Notes: generated from the sequence alone by a model not told the origin. A stretch of 64,000 bases of DNA from Pseudoprimorskyibacter sp. (GCA_029251265.1 JAQXDR010000070.1:11724-75723), one strand, 5' to 3'; counted from the first letter of the stretch, positions 39,055-51,511 are shown. Made by a program: numbers and translations.

Positions 39055-39705
39055 ATGAAACCTTTCCGTCCAACGCCGGATGCGGCAACCTCTGCCCATG
39101 ATAGGGTATATCGCGGTCTACGGTCGCGTATCATGCTGGGTCAACTTCCCCCCGGACAAGCGTTGACCCTGCGCGGTATCGGAGCTGAATTTGGCGTGTC
39201 GATGACCCCCGCACGCGAAGCCGTTAGGCGGCTGGTGGCAGAAGGGGCCTTATCACTTAGCACATCGGGGCGTGTCGCCACACCTGAGTTGACGGCCGAG
39301 CGGATCGAGGAACTCGCGGCTCTGCGTGCTTTGATCGAGGTGGAGCTGGCAAGCCGTGCGCTGCCAAGGGCGCACATGGCCCTGATTGAACGATTGCAGA
39401 CGATCAATGGTACAATCGGTGACGTCATTTCCAATCGCGATGCAGTCGGCTATATTCGTGCCAACCTCGAATTTCACCGAACGCTTTACCTGCGTGCGCA
39501 AGCGCCAGCAATGCTTGCAATGGCCGAGACGGTCTGGCTGCAATTGGGGCCGACAATGCGAGCGCTTTATGGCCGTTTAGGTCGCACTGAGGCGCCGCAG
39601 TATCATAAGCTGATCATAGCAGCCCTAAGAGCAGGCGATGAGCCAGGGTTGCGGCTGGCCGTACGCTCGGATGTGACCCAAGGATTACGTATGCTGGTGG
39701 CTTGA
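39055..39705 (+). CDS. GntR-family (FadR-type) transcriptional regulator
   Basis: Winged-helix N-terminus (VYRGLRSRIMLGQLPPGQALTLRGIGAEFGVSMTPAREAV) plus a helical FCD-like C-terminal domain. Start trimmed to the ATG at 39055, after a GGGGA RBS. Confidence 0.8.
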   Translation: MKPFRPTPDAATSAHDRVYRGLRSRIMLGQLPPGQALTLRGIGAEFGVSMTPAREAVRRLVAEGALSLSTSGRVATPELTAERIEELAALRALIEVELASRALPRAHMALIERLQTINGTIGDVISNRDAVGYIRANLEFHRTLYLRAQAPAMLAMAETVWLQLGPTMRALYGRLGRTEAPQYHKLIIAALRAGDEPGLRLAVRSDVTQGLRMLVA

Positions 39706-39793
39706 CATAGGACCGAGGTTGAGCCGTTGTACTATCGGGACTAACACAATGCGGTCAGGTCAATGTTTGTATTCCACCAAGTGATGACAGATT

Positions 39794-40753
39794 TTATGCT
39801 GCTAGACCGGTTGATCCCATTGCAAGGAACTTTGCCCGTCTGTTGCGCACCAATTCGTCTCTGCTGACGTTTCTCATCGATGCCAGCATATCCGCAATAC
39901 AGGTTCTCACGGCCTCTTTTGCTGCGGCAGGATCGCGATGGGCACCGCCCAAAGGCTCGGGTACGATTTTGTCGACCACCTTTAATTGGTAAAGATTTTC
40001 GGCGGTCAAACGCAGGGCTTCGGCGGCTTCGCGCGTTTTCTCGGCATCTTTCCACAAGATGGACGCACAGCCTTCGGGTGAGATAACTGAATAAACGGAA
40101 TGTTCCAACATCGCCACACGGTTGGCCGTAGCGAATGCGACCGCGCCACCTGACCCACCCTCGCCAATGATTACGGTGATCAAAGGCACACCAATTTGCA
40201 AACATTTCTCGGTTGAACGCGCAATAGCTTCTGATTGTCCACGTTCTTCGGCACCCTTACCGGGATAGGCCCCGGGTGTATCGACAAGAGTGATAACCGG
40301 TAAATTGAACCGGTCTGCCATGTCCATCAGGCGCACCGCCTTGCGGTAGCCTTCGGGGCGGGCCATGCCAAAATTCCGATCCAGACGTGTTTTGGTGTCA
40401 TGACCTTTTTCATGTCCGATAATCACAACGGGTTGGTCGTTAAACCTTGCCAACCCGCCCATGACAGCATGATCGTCAGCAAAGCCGCGATCTCCGGCCA
40501 AAGGCATGTAGTCGGTAAACAGGTGTTCAATGTAGTCTTTGCAGTGCGGTCTGTCTGGATGACGTGCCACCTTGCATTTGCGCCAAGGTGTCAGGGACTT
40601 GTAGAGGTCAACCAGCATGTCTGCCGCTTTGCGATCCAATGCTGCGGCTTCTGCTTCGATGTCGACGTCGTCATTGCCAGCGGCCATAGCGCGCAACTCT
40701 TCTGCCTTGCCTTCTATGTCCGCCAGCGGTTTTTCAAAATCGAGGTAATTCAT
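39794..40753 (-). CDS. accA: acetyl-CoA carboxylase carboxyltransferase subunit alpha
   Basis: Start trimmed to [16 protein letters not shown]. The conserved core [12 protein letters not shown] and IGEGGSGGA is present. Confidence 0.95.
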   Translation of the reverse strand: MNYLDFEKPLADIEGKAEELRAMAAGNDDVDIEAEAAALDRKAADMLVDLYKSLTPWRKCKVARHPDRPHCKDYIEHLFTDYMPLAGDRGFADDHAVMGGLARFNDQPVVIIGHEKGHDTKTRLDRNFGMARPEGYRKAVRLMDMADRFNLPVITLVDTPGAYPGKGAEERGQSEAIARSTEKCLQIGVPLITVIIGEGGSGGAVAFATANRVAMLEHSVYSVISPEGCASILWKDAEKTREAAEALRLTAENLYQLKVVDKIVPEPLGGAHRDPAAAKEAVRTCIADMLASMRNVSRDELVRNRRAKFLAMGSTGLAA

Positions 40754-40948
40754 AATGCCGATCCAAACCTGCCAAGTCCTGCGTTTGACTACCCATATGG
40801 CGTGCCCTGCGCGCGGATGCAAGAAAACATCAAGTCTCAGATTGCTGGAACACGTTGCGCGCGGATATCAAACGGCACAACGCCAGGCCTGTCGATTTTC
40901 TGCAAGGGGCAGCCTGTAGGACACCGGAAACAAGTGACCAATGAGACG

Positions 40949-41545
40949 TTATGTTGTCAAAAGCGCATAGCCCATCGACACAATCATAAGGCCTGCCATT
41001 GTCCAGTTGAATGCGCGCAAACGCACAGCACTGGTGAGGAAGGTCCTTAACTTCTGACCTAAAGTGACCCATGTGGTGGTTGAGATGACCGCCATGGATA
41101 AAAATGCTGACGCCACGCCCAAAAGTGCAAGCTGCGTCTGATCCGGTGCATAAATGGTGATTGCGCCAACGGACATTGTCCACGCTTTGGGGTTGACCCA
41201 TTGAAACGCAAGGGCTTGCAGAAAAGTCATGGGCTGGCCGCCTACCTTTTGATCTGACGGTGCGGCGGCATTGGCGATCTTCCAAGCCAGCCAAAGCAAA
41301 TACGCGACCGACGCAACCATCAGCGTTGTTTCCAGCCAAGGGTATTTGTCAAATAGAGCAAGCGCGCCTTGTCCAAGGATCATGATCATAACCGGCACAC
41401 CCATGCCGACACCTGCCATGTGCGGCAGGCTCCGTTTCAGTCCAAAGTTTGCGCCCGATGCCAGTAACATCATATTGTTTGGCCCTGGCGTGCCTACGGA
41501 GACAAGAGCAAAGCCCAAAAGGGCGAGGACAAGATCATAGGTCAT
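40949..41545 (-). CDS. LysE-family amino-acid exporter
   Basis: 198 aa with an N-terminal GTPGPNN motif. Confidence 0.85.
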   Translation of the reverse strand: MTYDLVLALLGFALVSVGTPGPNNMMLLASGANFGLKRSLPHMAGVGMGVPVMIMILGQGALALFDKYPWLETTLMVASVAYLLWLAWKIANAAAPSDQKVGGQPMTFLQALAFQWVNPKAWTMSVGAITIYAPDQTQLALLGVASAFLSMAVISTTTWVTLGQKLRTFLTSAVRLRAFNWTMAGLMIVSMGYALLTT

Positions 41546-41738
41546 ACGTCAATAACCGCTACACAAAAAGCCACGTTCAGATTTTTGGAGTAATCAGATA
41601 GACTTTGGCTTGTCTAGCACCTTTCCCCAAGACAGGCCGTCGCTTTCATGAAAAGCGCGGAAACATTTGCTCCCTGCGTCTTCATTGATTTGTCCGCATT
41701 TGCTGTGCGGCGGTATGCTGTGCCTGTGCAACGTGACG

Positions 41739-42953
41739 CTATTGCATGAGCTTGGGAAGGTCCCCGTTCAAACCAGCTGCTTCGCGGATTGCAGTACGTC
41801 GCGCTGAAGGAAGCGCATTTACCAATCCCATACCAAGGTCTCGTCCCATGCGCAGAAGGGCATTATCATTAGAAAAGAGCCGGTTGAACAAATCGGTCGC
41901 CGTGGCGAGTGCGGCTGTATCAAAACTGCGCCATTGTGCGTAGCGACTCAATACGGCTGGTGATGCAATATCTTCGCCGTGCTGATGCGCCGTGATCAAC
42001 ACTTCACTAAGTGCAGCGACATCGCGCAGACCAGCATTCAGCCCCTGTCCGGCGATGGGATGCACGCCGTGGGCTGCATCACCTGCCAAGGCAACACGGG
42101 GCCCTGTAAACGATCGCGCGATCGTCAGGTTCAAGGGATACACATGCCTTGGCCCGCAAAGTTCGATAGCGCCGAGAAAATCGCCAAAACGGGGGCGTAG
42201 CACTTGAAGGTAGTCGTTATCTGGTAACCGATGAATAGCATTGGCAAGATTATGTTGTTCGGTCCAAACAATTGAACTGCGATTGCCCGGAAGAGGCAGG
42301 ATCGCCAGCGGACCCGATGGCATAAAAAACTGATGTGCGATCCCGTTATGGGGGGCTTCATGTGCGATTGCGCATACCAAGGCGGTTTGCTTGTAATCCC
42401 AGCCCATGCGTGTGATCCCTGCGCGGGCTGCTGTGCTGCTTTGGCGACCATCTGCTCCCACAATCAGGGTTGTGGTCACAACAGAGCCATCATCGAGCGT
42501 CAGGCTGGCGCCCTGAGCGGTGATCGTCTGGGCCACAACCCGGGTGCCAGAGAGATGGGTGATGTCCGGGTGTCTGTCGATCATCTGCATCATTGTGCGA
42601 CGCAGATACCGATCCTCAAGCATGCTCCCCATCGGGCCGTCTTCGATTTCATCAGACGAGAAGTGCAGCCCAAGAAACGCTGCGCCATCGCCTTGACGGC
42701 CATCCGTGACTTTGATGTCATTCATATTTTGTGCGTATTCTGCCACGTGTTGCCAGATACCCAGGGCGTTTAGCATACGCCGCGAGGCAAGGGCGAGCGC
42801 ATAGGCGCGCCCGTCAAATTTCGCGTTGGCGCGCGTGTCCATTGATTGCGCATCGACCACAACACATTTCAGCCCCGCCTTGGCGCAGGCCAACGCCAGC
42901 ACTGGACCAATCAGTCCACCACCAACGATTGCAATATCTGAATTCAAGCTCAT
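41739..42953 (-). CDS. UbiH/UbiF/VisC/COQ6-family FAD-dependent ubiquinone hydroxylase
   Basis: Start trimmed to MSLNSDIAIVGGGLIGP (GxGxxG). GDAAHGVHPIAGQGLN motif is present. Confidence 0.85.
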   Translation of the reverse strand: MSLNSDIAIVGGGLIGPVLALACAKAGLKCVVVDAQSMDTRANAKFDGRAYALALASRRMLNALGIWQHVAEYAQNMNDIKVTDGRQGDGAAFLGLHFSSDEIEDGPMGSMLEDRYLRRTMMQMIDRHPDITHLSGTRVVAQTITAQGASLTLDDGSVVTTTLIVGADGRQSSTAARAGITRMGWDYKQTALVCAIAHEAPHNGIAHQFFMPSGPLAILPLPGNRSSIVWTEQHNLANAIHRLPDNDYLQVLRPRFGDFLGAIELCGPRHVYPLNLTIARSFTGPRVALAGDAAHGVHPIAGQGLNAGLRDVAALSEVLITAHQHGEDIASPAVLSRYAQWRSFDTAALATATDLFNRLFSNDNALLRMGRDLGMGLVNALPSARRTAIREAAGLNGDLPKLMQ

Positions 42954-43036
42954 ACACCCAATATGGATGCTTGCGTGGCATTGTCCATGCGCCCGGCTGC
43001 CGCTAGCGTGGATATCACCATAAGGAGATTGCAACC

Positions 43037-44365
43037 ATGATCGATTGGACTGTTGTAAGCGCGACGCACCTGGGTGCAGCCATTGAACGGGGCGAGGCTG
43101 ACCCAGAGGCGGTAACGCTGGCCTATCTCAATAAAATTGCGCAACATCCTCTGCGAGATCGTATCTACGCGCGCCTAACGCCGGAACGTGCGATGTCCGA
43201 AGCCCGTGCATCGGCACAGCGTGCACGGGATGGCCGTCGTAAATCTAGGTTGGATGGCGTGCCGGTCAGTTGGAAAGACTTGTTTGACACAGCCGGGATT
43301 GCAACCGAGGCAGGCTCGGCTCTTTTGGCGGGACGGGTGCCGGGTCATGATGCCGATGTTCTTAGCACGGCAACGGCTTTGGGGCTGGTGTGTCTTGGCA
43401 AAACGCATATGTCTGAACTGGCGTTCTCGGGCTTGGGTCTGAATCCGATGACGGCTACAGCGCCTTGTATCCACGATACTGAGGCCGTGTCGGGTGGGTC
43501 GTCATCCGGAGCTGCCGCATCGGTGGCCTTTGGATTGGCAGCGGCGGCAGTCGGGTCGGATACAGGGGGGTCTGTCCGCATTCCGGCGGCATGGAATGAT
43601 CTGGTTGGGCTCAAAACGACCACTGGTGTGATTCCTCTGACCGGTGTGGTTCCACTGTGTGAGAAATTTGACACCGTCGGGCCTTTGACGCGAACGGTTG
43701 CAGATGCAGCAGCCGTGTATGCTGCATTGACGGGTACGGCCGACATAGATCTAACGGGCGCAGATCTTCGCGGAGTACGTCTGGCCAGCCTGCAAACCTT
43801 GGTCATGGACGATATACGGGATGCGCCACGCGCGGCCTATGCTTCTGCGGTAGAAAGGCTGGCTGCTGCTGGCGCTGAGATTGAGCCGATTGATGCCCCA
43901 GAGCTTGAATCCCCTATGGCGCAATCTGCTTTGCTGTATACCGCTGAGGCGTGGGGAATTTGGGGGCAAACCATTATGGCAAACCCTGATGCCATGTTCG
44001 AGCCCATCCGGGATCGTTTTATAGCCGGTGCGGATTACAAGGCGTCTGATTACGTCAAGGCGTGGCGTGAAGTGCATCAAGCCAGAGAGATTTGGGCCGT
44101 GCGGACAGCAGGGTTTGACGCCGTGATTTGCCCAACAGCGCCTATTTTGCCCCCAAAGGCAGGCCAGTTGATGACCGACAACAACTATTATGTCGCTGAA
44201 AACCTTTTGGCGCTGCGGAATACCCGCGTTGGCAATTTGATGGGAACATGTGCTTTGACCTTGCCGACGGGCGTGCCAAGCTGTGGGTTGCAGCTGATTG
44301 GTAACCCCCTGCAAGAGGCCCGTTTGTTGCGATTGGGACATGCTGCAGAGGCCGCACTGGCGTAA
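43037..44365 (+). CDS. amidase (amidase-signature family)
   Basis: 442 aa with the GGSSSGAAASVA...GSDTGGSVRIPAA signature. Confidence 0.85.
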   Translation: MIDWTVVSATHLGAAIERGEADPEAVTLAYLNKIAQHPLRDRIYARLTPERAMSEARASAQRARDGRRKSRLDGVPVSWKDLFDTAGIATEAGSALLAGRVPGHDADVLSTATALGLVCLGKTHMSELAFSGLGLNPMTATAPCIHDTEAVSGGSSSGAAASVAFGLAAAAVGSDTGGSVRIPAAWNDLVGLKTTTGVIPLTGVVPLCEKFDTVGPLTRTVADAAAVYAALTGTADIDLTGADLRGVRLASLQTLVMDDIRDAPRAAYASAVERLAAAGAEIEPIDAPELESPMAQSALLYTAEAWGIWGQTIMANPDAMFEPIRDRFIAGADYKASDYVKAWREVHQAREIWAVRTAGFDAVICPTAPILPPKAGQLMTDNNYYVAENLLALRNTRVGNLMGTCALTLPTGVPSCGLQLIGNPLQEARLLRLGHAAEAALA

Positions 44366-44488
44366 TTTCGCGTGGCTTTTTGGCCGCAAGCGGCATGGCG
44401 GCCATGCTTTATCTGGACCCAAGCAGCTATTTTGCCTAGTATTACCCAAAAGGTGGGGCAAAAGATCCCGCAACTCGAGGCAGAACAG

Positions 44489-45670
44489 ATGTTTCCAGAC
44501 CGGTTTTCGGACCTACCGGCCTACGCGTTTCCGCGATTGCGGGCGCTGTTGGACCACCATGCACCAGGCGGATCCGCCCGGCACATGACCATTGGCGAAC
44601 CACGGCACGCTTTTCCCGATTTTGTCGGAAACGTTCTGGCGCAACATGTCCACGAGTTTAACCGCTATCCCCCAAATGAGGGGGCACCAGAATTGTTGGA
44701 GGCCATTGGCAAGTGGTTGACGCGCCGCTTTGAGGTCACTGTGGACGCAGATCGCCAGGTGATGGCGCTGAATGGAACGCGAGAAGGGCTATACAATGCC
44801 GGTATGGCGTTGGTTTCTAGCGAGACCGCCGGAAAGCGTTCGGTGGTACTGATACCAAACCCGTTCTATCAGGTCTACATGATCGCAGCCATGTCGGTTG
44901 CGGCAGAGCCGGTCTTTGTGTCCGCGACCGAAGCCACTGGATATTTGCCAGATTACGCCAGTCTGTCGCCTGATATTCTGAATAGGACCGCAGCAGCCTA
45001 TATTTGCTCGCCATCTAACCCACAGGGCGCTGTGGCAAGTCGTGAGTATCTGGATACTTTGATCCAGTTGGCTGAAAAGTATGATTTCCAGATTTTTGCA
45101 GATGAATGTTATTCCGAGATTTACCGCGATGTGCCACCTGTGGGCGCACTGTCTCGCGCCCAGGCATTAGGTGCGGACCCTGAACGGGTGGTGGTTTTTC
45201 ATTCATTGAGCAAGCGTTCGAATTTGCCGGGTCTGCGATCTGGGTTCATGGCGGGTGGGCCGGAGACCATCGCTCGTGCAAGACAGCTGCGCGCCTATTC
45301 TGGTGCGCCTTTGCCACTGCCGTTGCAACGCGTGGCCACTGCCGCATGGCAAGACGAAGATCACGTTCAGGAAAACCGGGCATTATATCAGTCAAAATAC
45401 CGTCGTGCCGACGAGATTTTTGACGGAGTCACAGGGTATTCACCGCCCCAAGCTGGGTTTTTTCTATGGCTTCCTGTTGAAAATGGCGAGGCAGCGGCAG
45501 TGCGGCTTTGGAGCGAAACGGGCGTGCGTGTGCTGCCCGGAGCGTATCTGGCGCATCAAACCGAGACTGGCACGCCGGGCAACGACAGAATTCGCGTTGC
45601 TATGGTGGATTACGAAGAAGACTGCGTTCAGGGGCTACAGATGATCCGTAGCACACTGTTTGGCGACTGA
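44489..45670 (+). CDS. class I/II PLP-dependent aminotransferase (DapC/AlaC-like)
   Basis: Start trimmed to [28 protein letters not shown] and [14 protein letters not shown] (PLP lysine) motifs are present. Confidence 0.8.
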   Translation: MFPDRFSDLPAYAFPRLRALLDHHAPGGSARHMTIGEPRHAFPDFVGNVLAQHVHEFNRYPPNEGAPELLEAIGKWLTRRFEVTVDADRQVMALNGTREGLYNAGMALVSSETAGKRSVVLIPNPFYQVYMIAAMSVAAEPVFVSATEATGYLPDYASLSPDILNRTAAAYICSPSNPQGAVASREYLDTLIQLAEKYDFQIFADECYSEIYRDVPPVGALSRAQALGADPERVVVFHSLSKRSNLPGLRSGFMAGGPETIARARQLRAYSGAPLPLPLQRVATAAWQDEDHVQENRALYQSKYRRADEIFDGVTGYSPPQAGFFLWLPVENGEAAAVRLWSETGVRVLPGAYLAHQTETGTPGNDRIRVAMVDYEEDCVQGLQMIRSTLFGD

Positions 45671-45692
45671 ACGGTTACGAGGGAACGACACG

Positions 45693-48395
45693 ATGGCATT
45701 GCATATCGGCGAACAACAGACTTTGGTAGATCGCAGTACCCAGGCCGCATTAGAGCGCCGCGGTCGCGAACTGCTTGGCCTTGCTCTTGGGCTCGTGGGC
45801 TTTTTGCTTGTTGCGATGCTGGTGTCTTATCATCCTGCCGATCCAAGCCCGTTTTCGGCGACCTCTCAGGCGACGCGAAACTGGGTTGGTGATCTTGGGG
45901 CCTATGTGGCTGCGCTGATCATGATGATGGTGGGCTGGGGGGGCTGGGCCATTCCTGTTTTGCTGATTGTCTGGGGTGTGCGACTTGGGTTGCACCGAGG
46001 GGACGGACGCCTGCCAAATGCCTTGGTGTTTGGCCCCGTTTGGGTTGTTGTTGCAGCGGTTTACGCGGCCGGTCACCCGCCACCTGCTGGCTGGACATAC
46101 GGTTTTGGGCCGGGAGGCTTTTTGGGTGACATTATTATGGGTCCCTTGCTAAGCCTCGTGCCTCTTTCTATCGGCTTAAGCCTGACCGTAGTGCAAATCG
46201 GACTTGGCATCTTTTTATTGTTGTTGGGCAGCTTTGTCTTGGGCTTCACAATTGGCGACTTGTGGCGGGGTTTTTGTTTTCTTGGCTCCAGCCTGCTGTT
46301 GATCTGTGTCATGTTCCTGCGTCTCGTTGGGATCTACCGGCCGGGTGTCAGAGTTGCGCCACAGCCGACGTCTTGTGAGAGTGTAATCGACGATGCGCCT
46401 GAGATGACGCAGCTTCCGTTGGTTGGCAGGCGCGTCCCATTTATGTCGCGTCTGAGGCGCACACATCCGGTGGCGGATGGTATTCCGTCTGAACTGGTCG
46501 ATGTCGACAGGTCTGATTTGCGGGTGTCCGCGCCTGCTCCGGATCGCATCGCAAGCCGCATCGGAGAGGCCATTCGTAGCCGTCCTGCGCGTATGGGGAT
46601 ATCAGACGATACGTTTTCGTTAGGTCCGGACCCTTTAGTCATTGAAACAGATGGGCGCCGCGAACCTAGTTTGGGTGCTCTGGGTTCTGATCTGGGCATG
46701 GATGGCGTGCAGGCATCCCAAAGCGACAGCATGTTGACTGCCACGACAGAGCCTGACAGCGCAGGATTGGCAATGTCGCGCAAGCTTGTTCAACCCGTTC
46801 AAAAACGAGCGCCCTTATCACGTCAGGCGCAGGCCGAAGCACAACCAGATCTTTTTGCGGAAGGCAGCAAACAAGAAGGCTTTGAATTGCCACCCTTGGG
46901 TTTGTTGATGAACCCAGATCAGATCGAACGCTATGTGCTGTCCGATGATGCGCTGGAACAAAACGCGCGTATGCTTGAGGCGGTGCTGGATGACTATGGT
47001 GTGAAGGGCGAGATCGTAAGCGTTCGCCCCGGTCCCGTGGTCACAATGTACGAACTGGAGCCTGCACCAGGTTTGAAAGCCAGCCGTGTTATTGGACTGG
47101 CGGATGATATCGCACGGTCCATGTCAGCTTTATCCGCGCGTGTCAGCACCCTTCCTGGGCGCAGTGTGATCGGGATTGAACTCCCAAATGACAAACGCGA
47201 GATGGTCAGTTTTCGCGAAATCTTAGCTGCGCGTGACTACGGAGACGGTAAACACAAACTTCCCCTAGCCTTGGGCAAGGACATCGGTGGGGATCCCGTA
47301 GTGGCCAATCTTGCCAAGATGCCACATTTGCTTATTGCGGGCACAACCGGTTCGGGTAAGTCAGTTGCGATCAATACAATGATCCTGTCGCTATTGTACA
47401 AACTGTCCCCTGCGGATTGCCGGATGATCATGATTGACCCCAAGATGCTTGAGCTGAGTGTCTATGATGGGATCCCGCATCTGCTGAGCCCCGTTGTGAC
47501 GGACCCGAAAAAGGCGGTTGTTGCGCTGAAATGGGTCGTGGCCGAGATGGAGGACCGCTATACCAAGATGTCCAAAATGGGCGTCCGCAACATAGATGGC
47601 TACAACAGCCGCGTCGAGGATGCCCTGAGTCGGGGCGAAATGTTCAGTCGTACGATGCAAACGGGTTTTGATGACGAAACCGGGGATCCCGTATTTGAAA
47701 CAGAAGAATTTGAGCCCAAGAAACTGCCCTTTATTGTCGTCATTGTCGATGAAATGGCAGATTTGATGATGGTCGCAGGCAAAGAGATCGAAGCCTGCAT
47801 CCAACGTCTGGCTCAGATGGCGCGGGCCTCTGGGATTCACCTGATTATGGCCACGCAAAGACCGTCTGTTGATGTGATTACCGGCACGATCAAAGCCAAC
47901 TTTCCAACAAGGATCAGTTTTCAGGTTACCTCGAAAATCGATAGCCGTACCATTCTTGGTGAAATGGGCGCAGAGCAGCTTTTGGGCATGGGCGACATGC
48001 TTTACATGGGCAACGGGGCTAAGATTACACGGTGCCACGGTCCTTTTGTCAGTGACGAGGAAGTGGAAGAGGTAGTCACACATCTGAAAGCCTTTGGATC
48101 ACCTGACTATGTCAATGGCGTCGTAGACGGTCCCAATGAAGAACAAACTGCTGATATTGACGCTGTTTTGGGCCTGAACGCAGGTGGTAATACTGGTGGT
48201 GAGGACGCCCTTTATGATCAGGCTGTGGCGATTGTTCTGCGGGATCGTAAATGTTCCACAAGCTACATTCAGCGCAAATTGGGGATCGGTTACAATAAGG
48301 CTGCACGTCTGGTCGAGCAGATGGAAGACGAACGCGTGGTTAGCGGGTCCAACCATGTTGGAAAACGCGAGATCCTCGTCCCTGAACAAACCTGA
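45693..48395 (+). CDS. ftsK: DNA translocase FtsK
   Basis: N-terminal transmembrane domain, a linker, a motor domain (GTTGSGKSV; [10 protein letters not shown]) and a C-terminal gamma winged helix. The ATG at 45693 is preceded by GAGGGA. Confidence 0.9.
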   Translation: MALHIGEQQTLVDRSTQAALERRGRELLGLALGLVGFLLVAMLVSYHPADPSPFSATSQATRNWVGDLGAYVAALIMMMVGWGGWAIPVLLIVWGVRLGLHRGDGRLPNALVFGPVWVVVAAVYAAGHPPPAGWTYGFGPGGFLGDIIMGPLLSLVPLSIGLSLTVVQIGLGIFLLLLGSFVLGFTIGDLWRGFCFLGSSLLLICVMFLRLVGIYRPGVRVAPQPTSCESVIDDAPEMTQLPLVGRRVPFMSRLRRTHPVADGIPSELVDVDRSDLRVSAPAPDRIASRIGEAIRSRPARMGISDDTFSLGPDPLVIETDGRREPSLGALGSDLGMDGVQASQSDSMLTATTEPDSAGLAMSRKLVQPVQKRAPLSRQAQAEAQPDLFAEGSKQEGFELPPLGLLMNPDQIERYVLSDDALEQNARMLEAVLDDYGVKGEIVSVRPGPVVTMYELEPAPGLKASRVIGLADDIARSMSALSARVSTLPGRSVIGIELPNDKREMVSFREILAARDYGDGKHKLPLALGKDIGGDPVVANLAKMPHLLIAGTTGSGKSVAINTMILSLLYKLSPADCRMIMIDPKMLELSVYDGIPHLLSPVVTDPKKAVVALKWVVAEMEDRYTKMSKMGVRNIDGYNSRVEDALSRGEMFSRTMQTGFDDETGDPVFETEEFEPKKLPFIVVIVDEMADLMMVAGKEIEACIQRLAQMARASGIHLIMATQRPSVDVITGTIKANFPTRISFQVTSKIDSRTILGEMGAEQLLGMGDMLYMGNGAKITRCHGPFVSDEEVEEVVTHLKAFGSPDYVNGVVDGPNEEQTADIDAVLGLNAGGNTGGEDALYDQAVAIVLRDRKCSTSYIQRKLGIGYNKAARLVEQMEDERVVSGSNHVGKREILVPEQT

Positions 48396-48525
48396 ACCCG
48401 CTGTGTTGGCGACAGATCGCGCATGGAATAGATTGTTATCGCATATCGTTCAAAGATCTGGCACCAGAAGCGCCAGCAGGCTGGCCTGATTAATGGTGGG
48501 GCCAGTCGCCAAACCGGAGGTATCA

Positions 48526-49122
48526 ATGCGCTTTTTGGCGTCTATTCTATTTGTCTGGATCGGCTTTTTTGCACATGTCGCACAGGCGCAACCCATCGAT
48601 TTGGACACCTTGTCAGAATATTTAACGGGTCTCGGATCTGTCCAAACCACATTTACCCAGATTAATGGGGATGGCTCGGTGTCAACAGGGGTGTTTCAAT
48701 TGCGCCGCCCGGGACGCATGCGTTTTGAATACGACCCACCTGACGAGGCGCTGATTGTCGCTGGGGCAGGTACCATCGCAATCGTGGACAAGGCATTAGG
48801 GACATCAAATCAATATGCCTTGCGCCGGACACCTTTGAAACTGTTGTTAGCGCGACGGGTAGATTTAACGGACACGGACGCTGTGGTCGATCACTACGAG
48901 TCTGATGGCCTTACCGTTGTCACTGCCCAGGATCCGAAAATGCCTGAAATTGGGTCAATGGATCTGGTGTTTGCAACGGCCCCCCTTCAATTGAAGCAGT
49001 GGCGCATACGGGATGAAACAGGGGGGGAAACCCTGGTTCTACTCGACGCCTTCGATACCGATGTAGATTTGCCTCTGCGGATGTTCAATATCCGCGATAT
49101 TGTGTCACAATATCAGGACTAG
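48526..49122 (+). CDS. lolA: outer-membrane lipoprotein carrier protein LolA
   Basis: Signal peptide MRFLASILFVWIGFFAHVAQA with a GGAGG RBS. The ftsK-lolA synteny is conserved. Confidence 0.85.
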   Translation: MRFLASILFVWIGFFAHVAQAQPIDLDTLSEYLTGLGSVQTTFTQINGDGSVSTGVFQLRRPGRMRFEYDPPDEALIVAGAGTIAIVDKALGTSNQYALRRTPLKLLLARRVDLTDTDAVVDHYESDGLTVVTAQDPKMPEIGSMDLVFATAPLQLKQWRIRDETGGETLVLLDAFDTDVDLPLRMFNIRDIVSQYQD

Positions 49123-49147
49123 GGTGTGGACTTTGCAGTGGTCAATC

Positions 49148-50239
49148 TTAGGCCCTCACGTGTGTGATGGACTGTTGATCTACACGTAAATACTGACCAC
49201 GCGAGCCTAAGGCATCAAACAGGCTTTGCTCGGTTCCGGTCATCCATGCCTGACTGCCAAGGGCACAAATTTCATCGAAAAGAGCGGCTCTGCGGTCTGG
49301 ATCCAGATGCGCTGCAACCTCGTCCAATAACAGGATCGGAGGGGATCCTGTATCCGCAACAAGGGCCCGCCCGTTTGCAAGAATGAGCGAAATCAGCAAT
49401 GCTTTTTGTTCCCCGGTAGAGCAATCATATGCTGGACAATCCTTAGCCTGATAGTGACCATAAAGATCCACGCGATGCGGTCCAATGCGGCTGCGACCGG
49501 CGGCCATGTCTTTTGGGCGAGCATCGGCAAGAGCATGCCTCAGATCAGCCTCAGTGACAGGCAGTGGGATGTCAGGGTGTGTCAGAGTCAGCCTGGCCGT
49601 AGGAAATTGAGTTTCGGAAAAATTCTGTGCCGAGATCAGTTTGGTGAGTGCTGCTGCACGATTTGCAGTGATCTGTGCCCCTGCCTTTGCCATTTGTGCC
49701 TCAAGCGCCTGATACCATCCAGAATCACGCTGACCATCCCGAAGTAATCTATTCCGTTCGCGCATCGCTTTTTCATAGCCTAGGACAGATTCGCCATGTG
49801 CTGGATGAAAACTGAGTGTCATCCGGTCCAGAAATCTGCGCCGCCCTTCTGCGCCCTCGATCCAAAGTCGGTCCATTGAGGGTACCAACCACAGCACGCG
49901 AGACAATCGCCCCAGATCTAGTTGCGTCGCAGGTTTTTCATCGATCCGCAAACTGCGCGCTGCACCATCTCGAGAGCGCATAGCAATATCTCTTGGCCGA
50001 TCTGAACCATATAAAAGTCCCGAAACAGACCATCCTTCGGCCCTATGCTGTGTCATTTCCGCAGCAGAGGCTCTGCGCATTCCCCGGCCAGGCGAAAACA
50101 GGGAGACGGCTTCTAACAGATTGGTCTTTCCGGTGCCATTGGACCCAAATATCGCAATCGGACCTGACTGAGTGGATAGGCTCAGCGCTGAATAAGACCG
50201 AAACCGCGCAAGGCGTATTGATTCCAGATAAAGCATCAC
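49148..50239 (-). CDS. recF: DNA replication and repair protein RecF
   Basis: 363 aa with Walker A GSNGTGKTNLLEA, an SMC-like signature STGEQK and LLLDEV. It lies downstream of dnaN. Confidence 0.9.
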   Translation of the reverse strand: MMLYLESIRLARFRSYSALSLSTQSGPIAIFGSNGTGKTNLLEAVSLFSPGRGMRRASAAEMTQHRAEGWSVSGLLYGSDRPRDIAMRSRDGAARSLRIDEKPATQLDLGRLSRVLWLVPSMDRLWIEGAEGRRRFLDRMTLSFHPAHGESVLGYEKAMRERNRLLRDGQRDSGWYQALEAQMAKAGAQITANRAAALTKLISAQNFSETQFPTARLTLTHPDIPLPVTEADLRHALADARPKDMAAGRSRIGPHRVDLYGHYQAKDCPAYDCSTGEQKALLISLILANGRALVADTGSPPILLLDEVAAHLDPDRRAALFDEICALGSQAWMTGTEQSLFDALGSRGQYLRVDQQSITHVRA

Positions 50240-50265
50240 AGCCTAGGTTGCATGATGATATGCAA

Positions 50266-51384
50266 TTAGACGCGCATCGGCATGACCACGTAGACAGCCG
50301 TCGTATCATTTCCTTCGCGCATAAGCGTGGGGTCACCGGCCGAGTTGAACAGGAAAACAGCGTTTTCGCGGTCTACTTGGCTTGCAATCTCAAGTAAATA
50401 TTTCGCGTTAAAGCCAATCTCGAGCCGCTCGTCACTATAAGCAACGGCAAGCTCTTCCTCCGCGGCGCCGCTGTCGGGCGCGTTGACTGACAAAACCAGC
50501 TGATCTTCTTCCAATGTCAGTTTAACCGCCCGCGATCGTTCAGAGCTAACCGTAGCGACACGGTCTACTGCTTTGGCAAAGTCAGCCGCGTCGACCTCGA
50601 GCCGGCGCGTATTGCCCACCGGTATCACCCTAGAGTAATCTGGGAATGTTCCGTCAATGACCTTTGAGGTCAGCGTGATATCTGGCGTGGCGAATCTGAT
50701 CTTGGTTTCGGACACGCTGACCGCGATATCCATATCGTCCTCGTCCAAAAGCTTTCGCAGTTCGCCCACAGTTTTCCGAGGAACAATTACGCCCGGCATT
50801 GCGTCGCATCCGATTGGCAATTCGGCATCGATCCGGGCGAGACGATGGCCATCCGTGGCGACGCACCGCAACACTTGACCGCCATCAATATCTGCTATGT
50901 GCATGTATACGCCGTTCAGATAGTAGCGCGTTTCCTCGGTAGAGATAGCAAATTTGGATTTATCAAACAATCGGCGCAGGATGGCGGCTTTGCACGAAAA
51001 GTTTGACGCATATTCCGAAGACGCCATCACCGGAAAATCTTCGCGCGGTAATGTCGCAAGAGAAAAATTCGAGCGTCCCGCGTCCACTGTCAACCGGCCG
51101 GTCGTCATATCATCTGTCAATGTGACAAGCGCACCGTCAGGAAGTTTACGCACAATATCATGCAGGGTAACTGCGCTGACGGTGGTTGCGCCGACGCGCT
51201 CTACCATTGCGGCGGCTCGATCCACAACCTCGATGTCCAGATCGGTCGCGCGGAACTGCACGGCTGCTCCCTCGGCCTCGATCAACACATTTGCAAGGAT
51301 CGGAATGGTATTGCGCCGTTCCACTACGGACTGCGCTTGGGCAACGGCTTTCAGCAAAACCGCTCTTTCTATGCTGAATTTCAT
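50266..51384 (-). CDS. dnaN: DNA polymerase III subunit beta
   Basis: 372 aa with N-terminus MKFSIERAVLLKAV...RRNTIPILANVLIEA. Confidence 0.95.
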   Translation of the reverse strand: MKFSIERAVLLKAVAQAQSVVERRNTIPILANVLIEAEGAAVQFRATDLDIEVVDRAAAMVERVGATTVSAVTLHDIVRKLPDGALVTLTDDMTTGRLTVDAGRSNFSLATLPREDFPVMASSEYASNFSCKAAILRRLFDKSKFAISTEETRYYLNGVYMHIADIDGGQVLRCVATDGHRLARIDAELPIGCDAMPGVIVPRKTVGELRKLLDEDDMDIAVSVSETKIRFATPDITLTSKVIDGTFPDYSRVIPVGNTRRLEVDAADFAKAVDRVATVSSERSRAVKLTLEEDQLVLSVNAPDSGAAEEELAVAYSDERLEIGFNAKYLLEIASQVDRENAVFLFNSAGDPTLMREGNDTTAVYVVMPMRV

Positions 51385-51511
51385 CGCAATGTCCTTCCCA
51401 AATACCCTGCAGCCATCCCACGGATACTACACCCGTCGCAAGTTTGTTTACACTATTTCCGGCAGGGTCAAGATCTGGCGTTCTTCTCAAATGCAGGTTG
51501 TTGCTTGATGG